From: Stylophora pistillata
Lineage: Eukaryota
NCBI RefSeq assembly: GCF_002571385.2
Contig: NW_019217786.1
Span: 1,685,292-1,749,291 of the forward strand
Length of the DNA stretch: 64,000 nt
Reading direction: 5' to 3'
Shown: piece after piece, positions 60,501 to 64,000 of the stretch
Numbering within the stretch: the stretch's first letter is position 1
Layout: each line of letters begins with the position of its first letter
Made by a program: the position numbers and the translations under genes
Notes under the pieces: generated by a model
Told to the model about the DNA's origin: nothing
What the model saw: only the letters and a program-made list of their open reading frames with translations
Databases searched by the model: none

Positions 60501-62161
60501 AATTAGTGTATTTCAGTCTGATTGTAACAGAACCGCACAGCAGCAACATGCAGAAGTCGAACTAATCTCCTTGGGGCACTATTGAGTGAGCCCGCGAAAT
60601 GTGTTTCTAGGAAAATTGATAGGGGTTACAGTTAGGTTAACCCTAGCCCTAACTTTAAGCACCCGTTTCCGGCAAATTAAAGGCAATTCCCAAAAAAATT
60701 AAACTCCTTTCCATCTGCCTTCAGCCGTTTTTAACCTTTCTCTAACGAACATAACAAAATGGATACGACTATATACTCATTTCAAAATATCATTATATTA
60801 TACATCTGTTAATTTAATAGTAACGGAAACAACTGTAACCAATTAGTTTGTACTTACGTGACTTATTTGACACATACAGAAAAATATATATCTATGAGCA
60901 GGACAGACAATAGCAAGAATTACATGTGACATTCTTCATCTACATAACCTTCAGAAAGCAAAAAGACAATTGAAAAAGAAATGGTCTACACTGCAAAATT
61001 TCTCATTAACTCTTTTTGCATGGTAGATCCTCTGATAGATTTGTAAAATAGGATGATACACCATGGTCTGAAAGGTATGAAAAACCAGAAGGAAATTATG
61101 GTTACTTTTACTACGTACCGTAGAAACGTGATGTTACTCTAATGATAACAAACCTATTATTTAAAACAACAACAATTAAGCATAAAAAATAATCATGATG
61201 ATAACGAGAACATTAGCGATGAAAACAAGACTGAATTATAGAGACAATTTTACAGAGAATAAGATATGGAAAAATATCTATGATGAAGGGTTCGATATGA
61301 GTAACAAGTGGCCTTATTGAACATGCATCAACAGTATTTGTTCTAAGTGGGGTGGGGACAGTATAAAACATGCATCAAAACCAACTAACTATGAGGGGTG
61401 ACCCTGGAGCTCCAAGTATCAAAGCAAAAACATATAAGCCTTGAACCTGTTATAAACAAATAAATTTAATGGATATACGAGTCAATATATACATAAATGA
61501 ATAAAAAAAAAAGAGTAGCACACGCATAGTGGTCTTCTTTGAGTAGTGGAAGTAGCCCGAGACATGTTTGAATCTTATCAGATGTGCTCATCGTCAACAT
61601 AACCGGTCTTTAAACTTATGTTTATCCGTTCTCTTCGTTTCAAGCCATCAAGGTCTGGCTGATGAATGTATAAAAGAGAAGATGAGAGGAAAGTTTTTAT
61701 GTTAATATTCTTTCGCTCGCTGGACTGACTTTTGGTGACCACTTTCGCTCCCGTTGTCGCACTTTCACTGGGTCCGCTCGAAAACAGGAAAACGGAGAGC
61801 GTTTGGGTATTATGAGGCCTGTGCCAATGTAAATAGATTATTAACTTTCGTCAGGAAGCGAAAAATCCATGCAAAACCATTATTTTAATCGTGTTTTTCT
61901 TGTTACTTGTAATCCGAAATCAAGTAATAGCCTTGTCTTCGTCTTGGTGTCCACGCTTCAACAAAAACTGACTATCTGTTACGAGTCCCTAGTCTCCACA
62001 GAACTCTGCATATTAAATAGTTTGACGTCATGTTAATACCGTTGTAGTGTATTACGTTACACAGGGTTACCACTGCAACGTATTACTTAAATTACTTAAA
62101 CCTATTACTTAAATCCGTGTCTTAAATCTACCAGCTCCTAAGTAAAAGTAAAGTAAAAGTT

Positions 62162-62425
62162 AATATGTAGATTTAGCCAAGCCTAAAAGCGGAGCTCCCA
62201 AGTTCGCAATATTAATGGTAACATAAAAGACGTGCATTTGCCAAGACTCGCCTGAGACACCCCTCCCTTCGTTTTGATAGTCTCCCCTACCCTACCCGTG
62301 CAATCTGAAAGCATGTGCGTACGCTCGGTCAGTCACGTGACATCCAAACGAAAAGAGGTTGACCATATTCCATGGGTATGGGGCTCTGCCACACGCGCGC
62401 TTTGCGCGCGTGGGAGCCCCGCTAA
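62162..62425 (+). repeat. Second copy of the 45841-46125 repeat
   Basis: Direct visual alignment over ~260 bp. Confidence 0.8.
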
Positions 62426-64000
62426 AAACTGATAACGCGTATTGTACAGTAAATATACTGTCTTGATTATTGAATAAAAGACAGTTGAATAAGTGCAATG
62501 AGAGGACTCACTTGATCTATAAATACTCTACAATGTTAGTTTTGATCAAACCATTTTATTAAATGTTGGCTTTCAATGACGGTTCGTTTCGCCGTTGTGG
62601 AAGCCAATTAAAAGTGAAAAATACATATCAGCTCTTGGGAAATCAATTGTCTTATTGATGTATTGCAAATAGAATGCAACCATGTTGTGTATGTAGTTTG
62701 TGATCTCCGACTGACATTTGAGTGAAATGCTTTGATTCAAAGAATGGAAGCCTCATCTCTTGGTTGGTCAAACTTGAATTCACTACTGGTTTGATGCCAG
62801 ATAAAATAACTTAGTTCTCTTGCTCCTAAACTGTAGGAATGAAACAACAAATCTTACCTCACTTTATTTACCCTACATAATTAGCATTAATCGCCTCATT
62901 CTTTCTTTTTATTTCTCATTTTTTTTTCTTTTTCCTTCTTTTAACTTAATTTTTTTTTATTTGTTTATTTACTTATTTACTTATTTCTCTTTTCTCTTTG
63001 TTTACAATATTAATAGTGTATAAATACCTTGGTTAGTGTAAATATAGAATTAAAGTAAAGTAAGTCTTATGTAAATGTTCAGATACACAAGATAATTACA
63101 CGTGACAGTGGCCAACTCGAAAGCTTACGCTCCTTTGGTCACTGCGCACATTTTACTTTAGATTATTCATATAATTTACTGTTCTTATATATTCTGACTT
63201 TTTTAATCTATAGCAATCTCTACTGTAACCTCTCGAAATAGTGCGAATTAAAATGAATGAATCAATCAATCAAAGGTAGCTGAATAACAAACCGTCATTC
63301 TGAAAACTTTTTCTCCAGCTGGCTTTACATAATGATCCATGAGATGATTTCAAATTCTGATCAGTTGTTGAAGCTGGACTTTAACGTGATGAATAATTTA
63401 TGTGGGGATTCACACCTGCTTGCTTAAGTTAACTTATGATGTTTAGCAACGACGTAAATTATTGCGTATATTAAGTTTACGATAAAATCGGCGTCGATTC
63501 TGAGCCACTTCAGGTGTCTCAATTGCTGATTGTGTCACAACATTGACTTATCTGTAACGACGTTTTATCTTTGACGTAAATTTGGAAGAAAACGTATAAG
63601 TATTTGCATTATAATCGACAAACTTGTCGCACTTCGTACGTTTTGTTTGACGATTAACATTGGACGGTAAACGTTATGGACGATATGTATTGTCAATACG
63701 CCGAATAACGCACTCAACCGGCCCTTCATTCATTCCGCAAACTTGAATACACGAGTGGACTACAACCGGTAAAGTTCAGCGCTGTTCGGCCGACAATATC
63801 ATTCCACAGGTAAACTAGAGATTATTTCCATTCTAGAAATTGGATTTGATTAGAACAATTTGTCGAGGCATTTTGAATTGATCGTTGGCCGTTATCCTTG
63901 AAATCTTATACCGATTCGAATGGATGAAAGAAGCTCTCAGAATAGCAAAATTGTTATCCATGGAGACAAGATATGCAACGCTCCTTCAATATTACCACCC

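Overview
AT-rich, intron-containing animal genomic DNA. The repeat complement and gene content point to a cnidarian, most likely a stony coral (inference). It is not prokaryotic and has no CRISPR or rRNA. I rebuilt seven protein-coding loci by hand, checking GT-AG sites and reading phase. Minus strand: eIF2-gamma (13 exons, final exon outside the window, one in-frame TAG), a RING/B-box/B-box/coiled-coil/FN3 TRIM ligase, a complete Parkin, a myosin essential light chain, and a triple-SH3 Dlish/Vamana orthologue. Plus strand: a Myb/SANT (trihelix-like) gene with an intronless ORF nested antisense in a Parkin intron, and an orphan class A GPCR with an intronless ORF. Introns and intergenic DNA are full of MITEs, tRNA-derived SINEs, LINE fragments and a tRNA-Thr-like tandem array. 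Two observations stand out. (1) A family of ~200-255 bp foldback elements has 13-14 bp target-site duplications and back-to-back minimal hammerhead ribozyme cores (Penelope-type), and a separate intact hammerhead lies at 35139-35179. (2) The eIF2-gamma amber codon replaces a conserved Tyr and sits in an exact UAG-CARYYA leaky-stop context.
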